A DNA stretch of 64,000 nt from Octopus vulgaris (lineage: Eukaryota): contig OX597814.1 of the NCBI GenBank assembly GCA_951406725.2, forward strand, positions 2,604,001 through 2,668,000, given 5' to 3'. The position numbers and the translations under genes are program-made. The notes beneath the pieces are model-generated. The model had not been told where the DNA came from and ran no database searches. It saw only the letters and a list, made by a program, of their open reading frames with translations. Shown in pieces: positions 13,399 to 27,289 of this stretch; the stretch's first letter is position 1; each line of letters begins with the position of its first letter.

Positions 13399-13998
13399 TG
13401 AGTGAGAGAGCAACGCATGCCATCAAAGTAACACTGGGATAAAATATACGAAGCCCAATATACTCATCATGAATACCCGTCTGATAAGGGTACACTAGGC
13501 ACATGCATCACAACCATGTGTGCGGGACATAGAGATCTCATAACAAGATAAACAGCACATGACCTCGCAGTTGGGGCCCAGTTAGAATTTACTTCTGGTT
13601 GAGTAGCCCATCCCTCTCAAAAGGTCTCTCACTAAAGGTTGTTTAAGGATGTTTAACAAAACACCCATGTTTCCAAAGGTGAATCATCCAAACCCCAAAG
13701 AATTCCTCTCAACACATGACTATGATGCTCCCCCACTTCTTCTGCTCGTGATCAGAGATGCACATATCGTCAGCCACTAAGGGACATGCTGAACTGGTTA
13801 AGGTCAAACAACTGACAAGCAATTCTGTGGTATTGAACAGAATATTTGCTGTAGCCCGTCTTTTATACTAAGACAAATTGGCTACAGCATACATTCTGCT
13901 CAATTTGTCTTCGTATAAAATATGTGCTATAGCAAATATACTGTTCAATACCACAGATTTTTTTGTCAGTTGTTTGACCTTAATCAGTTGAGCATGAC
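13399..13998. mobile_element. Unclassified interspersed element in (ATT)n ending in a ~210-bp fold-back
   Basis: Arms about 13785-13880 and 13901-13996 are reverse complementary; (ATT)n on both flanks. Confidence 0.55.
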
Positions 13999-14030
<32 letters not shown>

Positions 14031-14034
14031 TGTG

Positions 14035-14108
<74 letters not shown>

Positions 14109-14137
14109 TCAAGATGAAAGTTTTCGATCGTAACACC

Positions 14138-14189
14138 GACTTTCGCGTTGCCGAGCAAGGAATCCTCAGTTTCGAAACGTACAAAAGTC
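14138..14189 (+). ncRNA. Degenerate minimal hammerhead-like motif
   Basis: TTG-CCGAGCA-A-GGAA tcctcag TTTC-GAAA-CG-TA-CAA; G8 is replaced by C. Confidence 0.35.
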
Positions 14190-14429
14190 TATTATATATG
14201 CATGGAATTTATTTTCACTTGTTGTAAAAACAAACGTTCGCCAATTCATAGCTACCTACCTACACACACACACACACATAAAAAACATACACACATACAT
14301 ATGTGATTATGTACAGACATACATCCATACATACACACGTATGTAAACGTCTATATACGTGAATGTGTGAAAGTTTGATAGTATACAGGTATATATATAT
14401 ATTATATGAATACATATATATTATGTACA

Positions 14430-14460
<31 letters not shown>

Positions 14461-14467
14461 GTGTGTG

Positions 14468-14527
<60 letters not shown>

Positions 14528-14990
14528 CATACATGTATGTATATGTATGTATATACGTGGGACTATATGTATGCATATATGTATGAATGAACATTGTGAA
14601 TTTATATATGTGTGTATGCGTTTTTAAGGAGGACCAGAACACGCGAAGTTCACAAGGGAATTTTTACAGAAAAAAAGGAAAAAAAAAATGTCGATTAGAA
14701 AATAATAGTGGAAAGATAAGCGTAGAATATCCGGAAACGTGAAAGCACTTAAGGTTATTGGGTGTATATATTTGGAGTGAACGTGTTGATCCCATATTTG
14801 TCTAGCGTTTTTGTTGACCAAAGATCGAATATTTCCCTTTGTACAAGAGATATGTGGACGAAACTAAGCGTCAAATTATTCTACAACATATCTTATAACA
14901 GTAATAAAACTGAATATTGAGATCACGATCGATATATAATAATACATACATACACACATGTGTGAACATATACATATATGTACATATATG

Positions 14991-15043
<53 letters not shown>

Positions 15044-15256
15044 CTGTGTATTATATATATATATGTGTGTATGTATATATGTACATATATATGTATATAT
15101 GTATGTGTATATAAATATCTAAATAAGTACTACGTGTATATATATATATGTATATACGCATACACATATATATGATACATATATATATATATATGTATAT
15201 ATATATGTACATATGTATATATATATATATATATATAAATATATATATGCACACAC

Positions 15257-15310
<54 letters not shown>

Positions 15311-15711
15311 ATGTATGTATGTATGTATGTGTGCATTATGTAGAAAGATCTATTTCTTGCACTCTAGAAGTGAAGGATTTATTTCTAAGACAAACAGATC
15401 GATAGACAAACATAATGATTGGGAAAGTACCTTGATATTGGACTACAATCATAATCCGATCGATACGACCACGTAAGCAGAAGCCATATAGACGGATGAA
15501 ACCATACGCATAGCATAGATACATTCATTCATGTGAGCGTGTGTGTGAGCGCTGGTACATGTTTGGGTTTACGTAGGTGTATTGTAATTGTTCCTGTACG
15601 ACCGTATCATCCGTTGCCAGCTGCAGTCTTTAACACACGCATATATATATATATATATACTTATATATACATGTGTGTGTTTGTGCATGTATAAATATAT
15701 ATAGATATAGG

Positions 15712-15875
<164 letters not shown>

Positions 15876-15955
15876 AGGAGGAGAAGAGCAGTTAGAAAAC
15901 AAACTCAATGCGTGTTGAATGGCTGTTGGTTTTAAATAACACAAGGGCTTTTCAC

Positions 15956-16020
<65 letters not shown>

Positions 16021-16022
16021 CA

Positions 16023-16054
<32 letters not shown>

Positions 16055-16129
16055 AACATATAAACATACAAATATACATTGTGGGGCTACACAGGATTTG
16101 CAGAAAGGAATAAAAATAATATCACTCTC

Positions 16130-17080
16130 ATATTTTTTGTCGATGGCCTAAAGTTCTGCTTTGGTCAGATATAAGAACTTCAAAACATAATTAGAACATG
16201 TCACAACACATTCTTACGGCACACAGGAATGGAGTTTGGTCAAGACAAATGGTCAAACATGATGGTCAATAGAAGAATGATTGTTGACGAGAGAGAGAGA
16301 ACATGAAGCTCAAATGCTTGTTTATCTCTACTATCTTTGATGTGGTGAATGCTGTAAGTATCTCGGAATTGATGAAAATGTTGTATGCGTCGATGCTGTG
16401 AGTGACGTTAGACTAAGAAAAGAACACTTCAACAGACTCCGGAGATGAGACTGTATTTAATAAAATCGTATCTCAGAAATCTTTTGCAGTGCTAGTGATG
16501 ATATCAACATTTGGGTTATAAGACTGGTCACTTGATGAGATCCGCATCCTGGACATTAAACCTAGAAAGATACTGGCCCTCACCAGCAACTTCCACATTT
16601 ACAGTAACACCGTGAAGATCTATGTGAGATGAAGAAATGGTGACTGATGAATAAGGCCAAAGACCCTTGAACTGTTACATTGTATCACTCAGACAATACC
16701 TGCCGAACGATAAAGGAGGAAATGAGTACAGTTTAGACATATTCAAAAGTGCGTGCAACATCTTCAGAGTATAGAAAAATACTCTTGGGCAGATGCTTTG
16801 AGTATGCAAGTACCTCACGTGACCCAAAGGAAGTTGCACTGACCTACCTAAATAGACGCTTGCTGACGCACATAATCCAAATCCAATCTGTTTGTGGCAC
16901 AGTGATGATATGTGAGACGTTCCAAAGATTCTCCTCTGGCGGTCTTTAACTGAATAGATGCAAACACTTGGTTGTGCACGTATACAAGGATACGCGTGCA
17001 AAATAATGATGCACGAACCCCCACCAAAAAGTAATAAACAGGCAACTCCATGCAGAATATGTAAAACATATGCAGTGCAT
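16130..17080 (+). pseudogene. Degenerate RT/thumb region of an RLE (R4/Dong-like) non-LTR retrotransposon
   Basis: GMEFGQDK, YLGIDEN, FNKIVSQKSFAVLVMISTFGL*DWSLDEIRILDIKPRKILALTSNFHIYS; multiple stops. Confidence 0.75.
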
Positions 17081-17089
17081 ACACCTACA

Positions 17090-17420
17090 TGCTCAGGTTT
17101 GGTCATATTCCTGGGAGGATTTTTGTGAGAATCGGGTTACTCCCTGTAACCTTAGGTATCCACAAGTTTTCAGTTGTCTTTCAAGTGCTTAGAACCCGCC
17201 TGATAGTCCTTGCTGTCCCTAAGAGACAAACTTTGTGTAGGAGATCTACAAGGTATTCTATTCCAACCTCCTTCGGCTATTTGTCTACATCTTTACTTAC
17301 TATTTCCAACACACCAATTATTATTATAGGCATGACTTTTACAGTTTTCATACCCCAAATTATTACTATTTCAAATTTTAAACTAGAAAGTTTCATCTCT
17401 AGGGAGATAAGGGGTTACAT
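17090..17420 (-). pseudogene. RLE non-LTR retrotransposon C-terminus and 3' UTR
   Basis: LKFEIVIIWGMKTVKVMPIIIIGVLE..LLHKVCLLGTARTIRRVL, homologous to the C-terminus at 42456. Confidence 0.75.
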
Positions 17421-18087
17421 CAAGGTATTTTGTGTGTGAATGTATGTGTTAGGTACGTGTGTCTTTGTGTATAAATACATATTGTACATTTTGTTTTCTA
17501 CAATAGATATATTTCTTTCGAATTTAAAGTGTTTTAATACATTTCATTTTGTATATAAGAATATATGTTGTTGATCTTATTAAGTATGTGTATTTATACA
17601 AATCACATTCCCATAAAAAAAAAAAAAGAAATTCTCCTTTTTTTAAAAAAAATGCAGGCTCGGAATCGCAGAAGTTCTAGTTTTTTCCCCTCTTAAAGAT
17701 ATAAATGTTAGAGGATGCTTAAAAATCCAATATTTTCTCGATATTTTGTGAGTTGTTAACGTTTGAATTCATCATTTTAGGATAATCAAAAATAGCATCG
17801 TGTGAATAGTGCAGGGGTAATTTGAAATCGGCTTCAGTATACCCCAGGAGGGTAATTTGAAGTCGATTTCAGATTACTGGTGTAGTCTTTCGACCAGTAA
17901 CCCTGTTAACTAAAAAAATCTTGTCAATTTATTAGCTTCTGGATTAGATTATGTTGAGAAGAATCTCATTCTCTGCTTTCACCTCTAAATATTTGCCTTT
18001 AATTTCCTTCCCACATTTTCTACCATTTTTCTTTCCTTATTTCCTTCCTTCCAGTCTTCCTTTCCACCTCAAAGAAAAATATATGCG

Positions 18088-18423
18088 GAGACCCCATTCG
18101 GTCACGATACTGACCATGGGATTGCACCTAGAAAGTTACCCTCTGAGGCACAAGTCCGGGCAAAGTTCTTTGCGGAAGGCCAGCAGTCGACCGTGCATAC
18201 CAGCATTCCCTCTCCACGCCACTGATGTTATCCAAGGGAAAGGCAAAGGGGTCGATATAGCTTGGCACCAGTGACATCACAACTCACTTCTACAGATGAG
18301 TGAACTGGAGCAATGTGAAATAAAGTGTCTTGCTCAAGAACACAAGACGCAGCCCGATCCGGGATTCGAACTCACAATCTCACGGTCGCAAGCTCGACGC
18401 TCTAACCACTGAGCCATGAGCAT
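18088..18423 (-). mobile_element. tRNA-derived SINE family C
   Basis: Reverse complement aligns with 30597-30936; A box TGGCTCAGTGG, B box GTTCGAATCC. Confidence 0.88.
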
Positions 18424-18855
18424 TCCCTAAAAAACATATATACATGCAAATATATGTGTATATCCTAATCTCTGTCTTAAGGGGATTAGGACAATCTGGG
18501 TGAAAGCAAAAGCACAAATATAGATATCTCTTTTGCAGTCACCCATAATCCTAGAAACCACATCTCATATTCGAAGAAAAGAAGCAAAACTAGAAACTAA
18601 ACCGAAAATATTCAACACCCTGTACTAAAATCAAGGAATTCCTCTAAACGGATGACTCGGTCCGTGTGTTTTAAAGGTTGAACAACGAAATCGCTGACAC
18701 AAGATGCAAAAACTTCATTCCAGAGGGTTCCATTTTTGTTTTTGTTTTTCTAAGAATTTTCTCGAATAGTTCATAATTTTTAAGCAAATTTTTGTTTAAA
18801 TATGTGTGTATACATGTATGTGCTATACATATATATATTTGTGCTTTTTGTTTTG

Positions 18856-19088
18856 AAGGCGGTGAGCTGGCAGAAACGGTAGCACGCCGGGCGAAATGCG
18901 TAGCCGTATTTCGTCTGCCGTTACGTTCTGAGTTCAAATTCCGCCGAGGTTGACTTTGCCTTTCATCTTTTCGGGGTCGATAAATTAAGTACCAGTTACG
19001 CACTGGGGTCGATGGAATCGACTTAATCCCTTTGTCTGTCCTTGTTTGGCCCCTCTTTGTTTAGCCCCTTGTGGGTAGTAAAGAAATA
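18856..19088 (+). mobile_element. SINE family B
   Basis: Closely matches 6741-6971. Confidence 0.9.
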
Positions 19089-19131
19089 TATATATATATA
19101 TGTGTGTGTATGTGTGTGTGTATGTATATAT

Positions 19132-19182
<51 letters not shown>

Positions 19183-20117
19183 TGTGTGTATGTGTGTACA
19201 TATAAACATATACATATGATTATATACATACAAACAAACATATACATACATGTATATGTTTGTATCTATGTATATATATGTATATACACACATGCACACA
19301 CAGCGATAGATATAATGATAGATGGATAAATAAGGAGTTATACATACATAACTACTTATAATACACACACACATCATATATCATATATACATACACATAA
19401 TATATACATGCATGCTTATACACTTATATACATTTATATGCATGAAATACGCATATATATATACATTCAGATATACACGCTCGCGTACACACATTTACAC
19501 GTACGCTCTCACATAAACACACACAAACGGTATTTACCAGCGACATTAAATCAGCGAAAGTTGCTTAGTGTAATTAGATATATACAACTCCAGATATGAT
19601 TGATTCACTTGTGGCTTACATTCATGGCTAAATAATTTCATTATTCAATAGTTTATTGATCTATAGATTGATAATTTGATAGGAATTACGGCAGAGTTTT
19701 ATGTGAGAGATAAATCTACGCTCAGCCTGTCGTGTGTGTGCAGTATTTCTAATGGACCTGGGGAAATATCTATGACTGGCCAAATACGAAATTCACTTCT
19801 CAATATTAATAAATCTCTTAATAATATTCATGCGTTTAGCTCTGTATTTTTTAGACGGGTGTGCATAAGCAGATGTCTGCGAGTGTGTTTGTTTGTTCGC
19901 GGTTGATTCATACTAGAAATAAGGGAAATATTATTATATACATGCTGTAGTTCTGGGTTGATTTGCTCGTCCGAAGACATCAAACTCTCCTTGTTTTTAC
20001 GGTACGATGTGACGTATTGAAACCCGTCTGGTTATGGCGAACAAAAATGGAAAACATACACAGATAATTAGATACGTATATACATACATACTATAGATAC
20101 GTTTACACACACACACA

Positions 20118-20325
<208 letters not shown>

Positions 20326-20622
20326 GAAAAGGAGAAGAATGACTTCCCAGTACCAAGGATTTCACACATTTTCCAATATAGATATATGTTTGTATGTTTG
20401 TACGTATATGTTTATATGTATATATATATGAGTGTGTGTGTGTATGTGTATGCATACATATATATATATATATATGTATGTGTATATTTATATGTGCATG
20501 TATATATATATATATAAATGTATCTATGCATGTATATATATATGTAATTGTATGTATATGTATGCATGTATATATATGTGTGTATATGTATATATATATA
20601 CATATGTACGTATGTGTGTATG

Positions 20623-20662
<40 letters not shown>

Positions 20663-21097
20663 TAGGTGAATGAATTATCCAATGTTTATCGTCGTTCGAC
20701 TCCATTCTTTCATTTATATATATATATATGTATGTATATATATATATATATACATATGTTTATATATGTATGTATATATATATGTATGTATTTATATACA
20801 CATACATATATATGTATGTATGTGTGTATGTGCGTGTGCGTGTGTGTGTGTGTATATCCTCCCTTATACACCAAATGGGCCAACAGCTGGGACAATGGTT
20901 CATACAGGAGTATTTTATGTGAGACACCTCAGACTGAAGAAATCAGAAAGAACTTGGTGGTGCTCCAGCATGATCGGTGCCGCATGGCTGAAACGAGTAA
21001 AAGAGTAAAAGAATATACGCATATACGTGTATATCTGCATACACGTGTATACATACATATATAGGCATATACGCATATGCATATTCATACATACATG

Positions 21098-21430
21098 CGT
21101 AGGCATTATACAGCCAAATGGCAAAGATGTTTGCTTTGTAACTACGTAATCAAGAGTTCGATCTCACAGCAGGGCAGTTAGGTAAATGTTATTTTCTATA
21201 GCTGCAGATGGAGTTATACATTGTGGGTGAAACTGGGTGGATGGAAAATGTACTGAAGCCTTTGGAATAGATTGTGCCTCGAATTCAAAAGGTACAGCTT
21301 TGTCACAAATTGTGTTACGCTGATTCTTTCTGAGAATTAAATGAATGGTACACTTGACTGCGGAATACTCAGCTGCTTATACCCAAATTGCAGGGGCAGA
21401 TAACTCAGGCAAGCAAACAAGTGCATCCTT
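21098..21430 (+). mobile_element. Diverged tRNA-derived SINE related to family A head
   Basis: GAGTTCGATCTC B box; TTTTCTATAGC..GTGGGTGAAACTGG..GATGGAAAATGTACTGAAGCC resembles family A core. Confidence 0.55.
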
Positions 21431-21761
21431 ATCGTCCAACGACGAAAATATACCATCACATGCATGTTAGTGATGTATATGTAAGTATATATGTATATAG
21501 ATACATGAATGCAAACGTAAAATAGATACACGCACACAAACATACACACAGACATACACACACACATGTATATTTATACATACTCACATACATAAACGAT
21601 GATGAAACACATACATATCGCATAGATAAATGCATTATTTTGTAACTACACATACATAAAATGTAGAGACATACATGCAATAAATACATAACTAGAGACA
21701 ATGATAACACCAAGTGGATCTCCGTTAGTTTCGACGACGAATAATCATTACCTCCGTTGTT

Positions 21762-22138
21762 CATTACCTCCGCCTTAGCGAAGGCGGGGGTATTATTTTC
21801 AGTTGTGTTTGTTTGTTTGTTTGTTTGTCCGTAGACAAGATATCTCAAAACCCACGGGATGGATTCGGATGAAACTTTCAGGGATGTTTGGCCTTGTTAC
21901 TGGCACGAACTGATTAGATTTTGATATCGATTCGCTACCGGACAAGGATTCTGGATTATTTTTCCCTGTTTTTTACTTAATTGTTGAGAGAGGTCGGGAT
22001 CATTTTTAGGTTTCTCGTTTGTGAGAGCAGTCGAGTTTATTTCAGATAGTCACATTTTAAAAAGCATCTCCGTCTAATAATTGAGAGGACGTTGGTATTG
22101 CCTTGGAGGATGTTTGTGCTCTCTGAGTGCCCTTGTTT
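21762..22138 (+). mobile_element. Helentron-associated (HINE/DINE-1-like) non-autonomous element
   Basis: 5' TTACCTCCGCCTT agcg AAGGCGGGGGTA hairpin, (GTTT)n microsatellite, 3' CCTTGGAGGATGT inverted copy plus GTGCTCTCTGAGTGC stem-loop before TTGTTTT. Confidence 0.7.
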
Positions 22139-22445
22139 TATTAATGTTAATGTTAGAAGTTGATTATTAAAACTAAATGAAATTCTGATATAGGGTATTT
22201 GATATATCTATATTTTGTCTATGTAAAAACAAAACCTTTTGCCTATTCCATCTGCTGAGCTTCCTGAAACAGCTGTCGAGCTAAAAAAATATGTATTTTA
22301 TGGTTAATATTCTGAATGTTTATGCTCTACGTAAATACATGTGTATATGTACTTCAGAATATTCGGAGATATATGTGTCTATATATACATATGTATGTGT
22401 GTGTATGGCGTGTAATTGTGTTTATCGGCATTACTACCTCTGTCT

Positions 22446-22494
<49 letters not shown>

Positions 22495-22870
22495 TGTTTG
22501 TATATGCAGTGTATAGGCAGAAGTAGTGGGAAGGAAAGCTAATAGAATTTTCCGATATTATTTTCTAAATATGTTACCTGTGTATTTCCAATAACAAAGG
22601 TATTTCGGAAACAAATAGAAATGATGAAACGATAATGCTTGAATATTCCTTCATTTTATTTTCTGTGACAGAAGATTATTCAATAATGATTAAAAAAACG
22701 GAAATATACGTAGACACTCTAGTGCACATATGTAAGTACACGTCCACATGGATACATATATATATATATACATATATATAATAACAAAACAATACATAAA
22801 ATATATGCATATATACATACATATATATGCACGTGTCTACATTTATATGTATATATACATGCTTATGTGG

Positions 22871-23043
22871 GTACAGGACACCACAAAAAACGTCGAACAC
22901 AATGAGAAACGAAAACATAAAATCAAAACGATGGAAACGGACATTTTTTAAACAACGAAAAAACAGAGTACAAGACATACAACACAAATAATATTCCCCT
23001 TCTTCAGTCGCCTCCGCTTCGTCTACTCCGTGTTTCGAAGGTG
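22871..23043 (-). repeat. Interspersed repeat family (copies also at 60545-60694 + and 60895-61055 -)
   Basis: GTACAGGACACCACAAA..CGAAAACATAAAATCAAA..ATATTCCCCTTCWTCAG shared between copies. Confidence 0.85.
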
Positions 23044-23044
23044 A

Positions 23045-23095
<51 letters not shown>

Positions 23096-23226
23096 GCTTC
23101 TTTATGCTCACAATACATAAGCACGCACACACACACACACACGTCACACATATATGTATACAATTATATATATATATATGTATATATGTACATACATATA
23201 TATATATATACATATATATATGTGTG

Positions 23227-23257
<31 letters not shown>

Positions 23258-24329
23258 TACGTGTAGAAAAATACAAACTGAGACAAGAACGTAAAACATT
23301 TAGAAGACGTTACAAAGACACGGACGGGACTTCAATCGAAGCCTTCAATCTTCAGTCAAGAACCGGATCATCCTCGCAATTTCGGCTGATTAATCTTGAG
23401 ATCGCTCCGATCCGGCCAGCCCCAAGGAAAAACTAAGCTACGAGCATTAGATTTCTTGGAAAAAGGATCGAATATATACGAAACAAGGACAGAAAAACGG
23501 ACGATGCTACACGAATATAAATACAAAAAACAATAATAGTAATAACAGGACAAAAACAGCGGGTGTCTTACGACTTTAGACAGTTCAACGAAGCTTAGCT
23601 GGCGTATCTGGAAAAAATGCCTTGGCGGCAGACGAAGAAAACGATGTTGTCGTGGCGGTGGTCAGAAGCCGAAAGGCTAGTTGACCGGCGGTCACGTGAG
23701 AAGAGAAGAGAGATAAAAAAAAGGGGGCAAAGGAATCAAAGAGAGAGAGAGAAAAAGAGGGACAAAGGCACCAAAGGGGGGAGAAGAGAGAGAAAGAAGG
23801 AATTAAAGAGGGGAGAAGAAAGAGAGCGTGCCAAGGATTGGCTTGGCGACAGAATCAGTGAGGTGCAAAGTGAGAAAGACAGAGAAATGTGAGAGAGTGG
23901 GGGAAGAGGAGACCAAAGAATCAGAGGCAAGAAAAGAGAAAAGGAGGAGGAGAAGAGAGAGAGAGAGAGATAGAGAGAGAGACAGATCAAAGTGGAGTGC
24001 AAAGTGTGAAAGGCAGAGAAATGTAGGAGAGGGGGGGAGAGAGAGACAGTGTTATAGAGTCATACCAAATTTAAAGAAATATGTACTTACATAGTGTGTA
24101 TATGTTAGTTAGTTAGTTAGTTAATTTGGCTCAAAAGCAAATAGCAAGGCCATGTAGGGGGACATGGAGTTAAGTACAGGGTGGTGTTCATGTAAAGAGT
24201 TCAGGCCACTTGGCATCTACGTATCTATGCATCTACGTATTCATGTATAAATCTATGTGTGCGTTTCAAACTTTTACAGGGATAAATCTGACAGTAATTT
24301 CAAAATTTCGTCTTGCTTCCTTCCGTCAA

Positions 24330-24373
24330 ACAGTCTGAAGAAAGCAAGCGAACCGAAACTCCGAAGTCACTGT
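24330..24373 (+). ncRNA. Hammerhead ribozyme motif within degenerate fold-back 24267-24395
   Basis: ACAGT-CTGAAGA-aagcaagcgaacc-GAAA-CT ccga AG-TC-ACTGT: 5-bp stem I, intact core, GUC site; stem II decayed. Confidence 0.65.
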
Positions 24374-24492
24374 CAATTTTTCCCTGTGAAAGTTGCCTAA
24401 AGTGAAATCTAATAAAACGTGTTAACCCCTTTCAGTTTGATACAAAATCCTTTCTAAATATAACTGGACACGAAGACGCACACACACACACA

Positions 24493-24540
<48 letters not shown>

Positions 24541-24829
24541 CATACATATGTACATGTAAGTACATACATGCTTATGGTTGCGTGCTTCTATTTACATCAT
24601 CTAAATAGGTCGTTATATGGAGAATCACTCCACTGAGATTTTCCAGTCAAATTACAAAGTGAGATTACCCCCGATCAGATAGGATGAAAATATGGAGGGG
24701 AGGGGCAGGAGGGGGCAGGAGGGGCAGCACTTCACCATCAACAGACCCCCCCCCCTCCATCAACGATAAGTTACAAAACCAACGCAATCCCTGGCACCCT
24801 TACCTTGTTTGTTTTATAATTGTATGTTT

Positions 24830-24906
24830 TGCAGTTGTTGTTGCTATTCTTGTTGTTATTATTATTATTATTTTTATTTTCATTATTATTCTTGTTGTTG
24901 TTGTTG

Positions 24907-24937
<31 letters not shown>

Positions 24938-24954
24938 CATCATCATCATCATCA

Positions 24955-24991
<37 letters not shown>

Positions 24992-25051
24992 CATTATTAT
25001 TATTATCATTATTATTATTATCATTATTATTATTATTACTATTATTATTAC

Positions 25052-25099
<48 letters not shown>

Positions 25100-25147
25100 T
25101 TTTATTATTATTATTATTAATACTATTATTATTATTATTATTATTAC

Positions 25148-25193
<46 letters not shown>

Positions 25194-25196
25194 ATT

Positions 25197-25227
<31 letters not shown>

Positions 25228-25378
25228 CTATTATTATTATTATTATTATTATTATCATTATCATTACTATCATTATCATTATTATTATTATTATTAATAT
25301 TATTATTATTATTACTATTATTACTACTATTATTATTATTATATTATTATCATTATTATTATTATTATTATTATTATA

Positions 25379-25411
<33 letters not shown>

Positions 25412-25418
25412 CATCATC
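24830..25418. repeat. (ATT)n-based microsatellite, about 590 bp
   Basis: Directly visible. Confidence 0.97.
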
Positions 25419-25881
25419 GTTTCATTCAAACTCCCTTAGAAATATCAGAATCCTTTGTGTTCCATTAACCTTATTTCACTCTCCTTCCTCTGGCCTGGAA
25501 GCTGCCCGGAAGGGAAGGTTTATCTTGTCAAGAATGAAAAAGCCAGAAGAATTTTTATTTTTGCTATTTTTTCTTTTTTTTTCCTCTCTTCTTCGTTGCT
25601 CATCTTTGTTATTCTGTTGCTGGAGAGCTGGTAGGATATATTACTGTTGTTGTTGTTGTTATTGTTGTTGTTCTTATTGATGTTGTTCTTTTAATTGTGG
25701 TTGTTCTTGCTACAATTTTTCTTGTTGCAGCACGTATTGCTGTTCTTAATGCAATTGTACAATTGTCAATACAAATGCATTTGTTTTGCTGCACTTTATA
25801 ATTTTAATCTTCCAGTTGTTATTTCTGAAGTTGTTGCCGTTTTTGCTGCAGTTGTACATTATTCCTGTCATTTCTATTTCC

Positions 25882-26020
<139 letters not shown>

Positions 26021-26094
26021 CACTTGCAACTATTGTTGTAATTGCTGTTACTCTCTCCTCTGCAGCTGTTTTACTATATGATACAATTTTTGTG

Positions 26095-26250
26095 AGAAGT
26101 AGCTGTGTGGTAAGCATTTTGCTTACCAACCACATGGTTCCGGGTTCAGTCCCACTGCGTGGCACCTTGGGCAAGTGTGTCTTCTGCTATAGCCTCGAGC
26201 CGACCAAAGCCTTGTGAGTGGATTTGGTACACGGAAACTGAAAGAAGCCC

Positions 26251-26349
<99 letters not shown>

Positions 26350-26569
26350 GTGTGTATATTTGTGTGTTTCTGTTTGTCCCCCTAGAATTGCTTGAAATCC
26401 GATGCTGGTGTGTTTATGTCTCCGTCACTTAGCGGTTCGGCAAAAAGAGACCAATAGAATAAGTACTGGGCTTACAAAGAATAAGTCCCGGGGTCGATTT
26501 GCTCGACTAAAGGCGGTGTTCTCGCATGACCGCAGTCAAATGACTGAAACAAGTAAAAGAGTAAAAGAG
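26095..26569 (+). mobile_element. SINE family A, near full length, internal (TA)n(GT)n
   Basis: tRNA-like head (GGGTTCAGTCCC B box), CORE-like CACCTTGGGCAAGT, tail ending (GTAAAAGA)n. Confidence 0.9.
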
Positions 26570-27289
26570 TTTGCGCTTTTGTTGCATATTGTTGTTCTTG
26601 TTCCTCTTGTCGATCTTCGTGTTGCTGATGTTGTTACTTTTGCTGCAGCTCTTTCTGTTGCTTCGGCTGTTGTTGTTGCAGCCGCAGCAGCATTTTCTGC
26701 TGCATATTATTGTTGTTGTTCCGGCTGTCGTAACAATTGTTGTTGCTTACGTTGCAATCATTGACGTTGCTAATTTTCCATGTCTGTAGTTTTTTTAAGT
26801 TGTTGATGTTGCAATCGTTGTCCTTCTGGCTTTGTTTGTTGTTGCAGCTGCAGTTTTGCTGATGTATATTTCTGTTCTTCTTGCAGTAGTTGCAATTCTG
26901 CAGCTCTTGTTACTGTAAAATATTTTAACATCTTTACACTGAATCAAATCCGCATCCTCTTTGTTCTCTTGCCCCTTCTCCTCCTCTTTTCCCTTCCTCA
27001 CCTTCCTAATCTTCTTCCTTCTTCTTCCATATTTAATCCACTTTCTCCAAGACAGTCTGCATGTCTTGCGTCTTAGCGTTCGAGATCTGTGTCAAACCGT
27101 TCCGTCGTCTCTCTCTCTCTCTGCTGTGTCACTCAGTAGAAAACAACAAGATGCTTACATTTTCACACCCTCACTCTGCTTACCACTCCCATCAGAACAG
27201 CACCACCCCCTCGCCACTTCCGGTAAACAGCGCCACCCACCCTAAAATATTTATTATGGTTAAAGGATAAAAAGCATAAGAGGTACAAC

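Noticed and set aside
12682-13418. Gly/Val-rich ORFs resembling structural or membrane proteins
   Set aside because: Degenerate trinucleotide repeat open in several frames on both strands
14623-14910. TTAA-GG start suggesting a Kolobok/piggyBac-type end (also 17580-17910)
   Set aside because: No matching second terminus found
22252-22278. CTGCTGA..GAAACAGCTGTC hammerhead-like pattern
   Set aside because: Core mismatch and no credible stems I/II; at best a remnant
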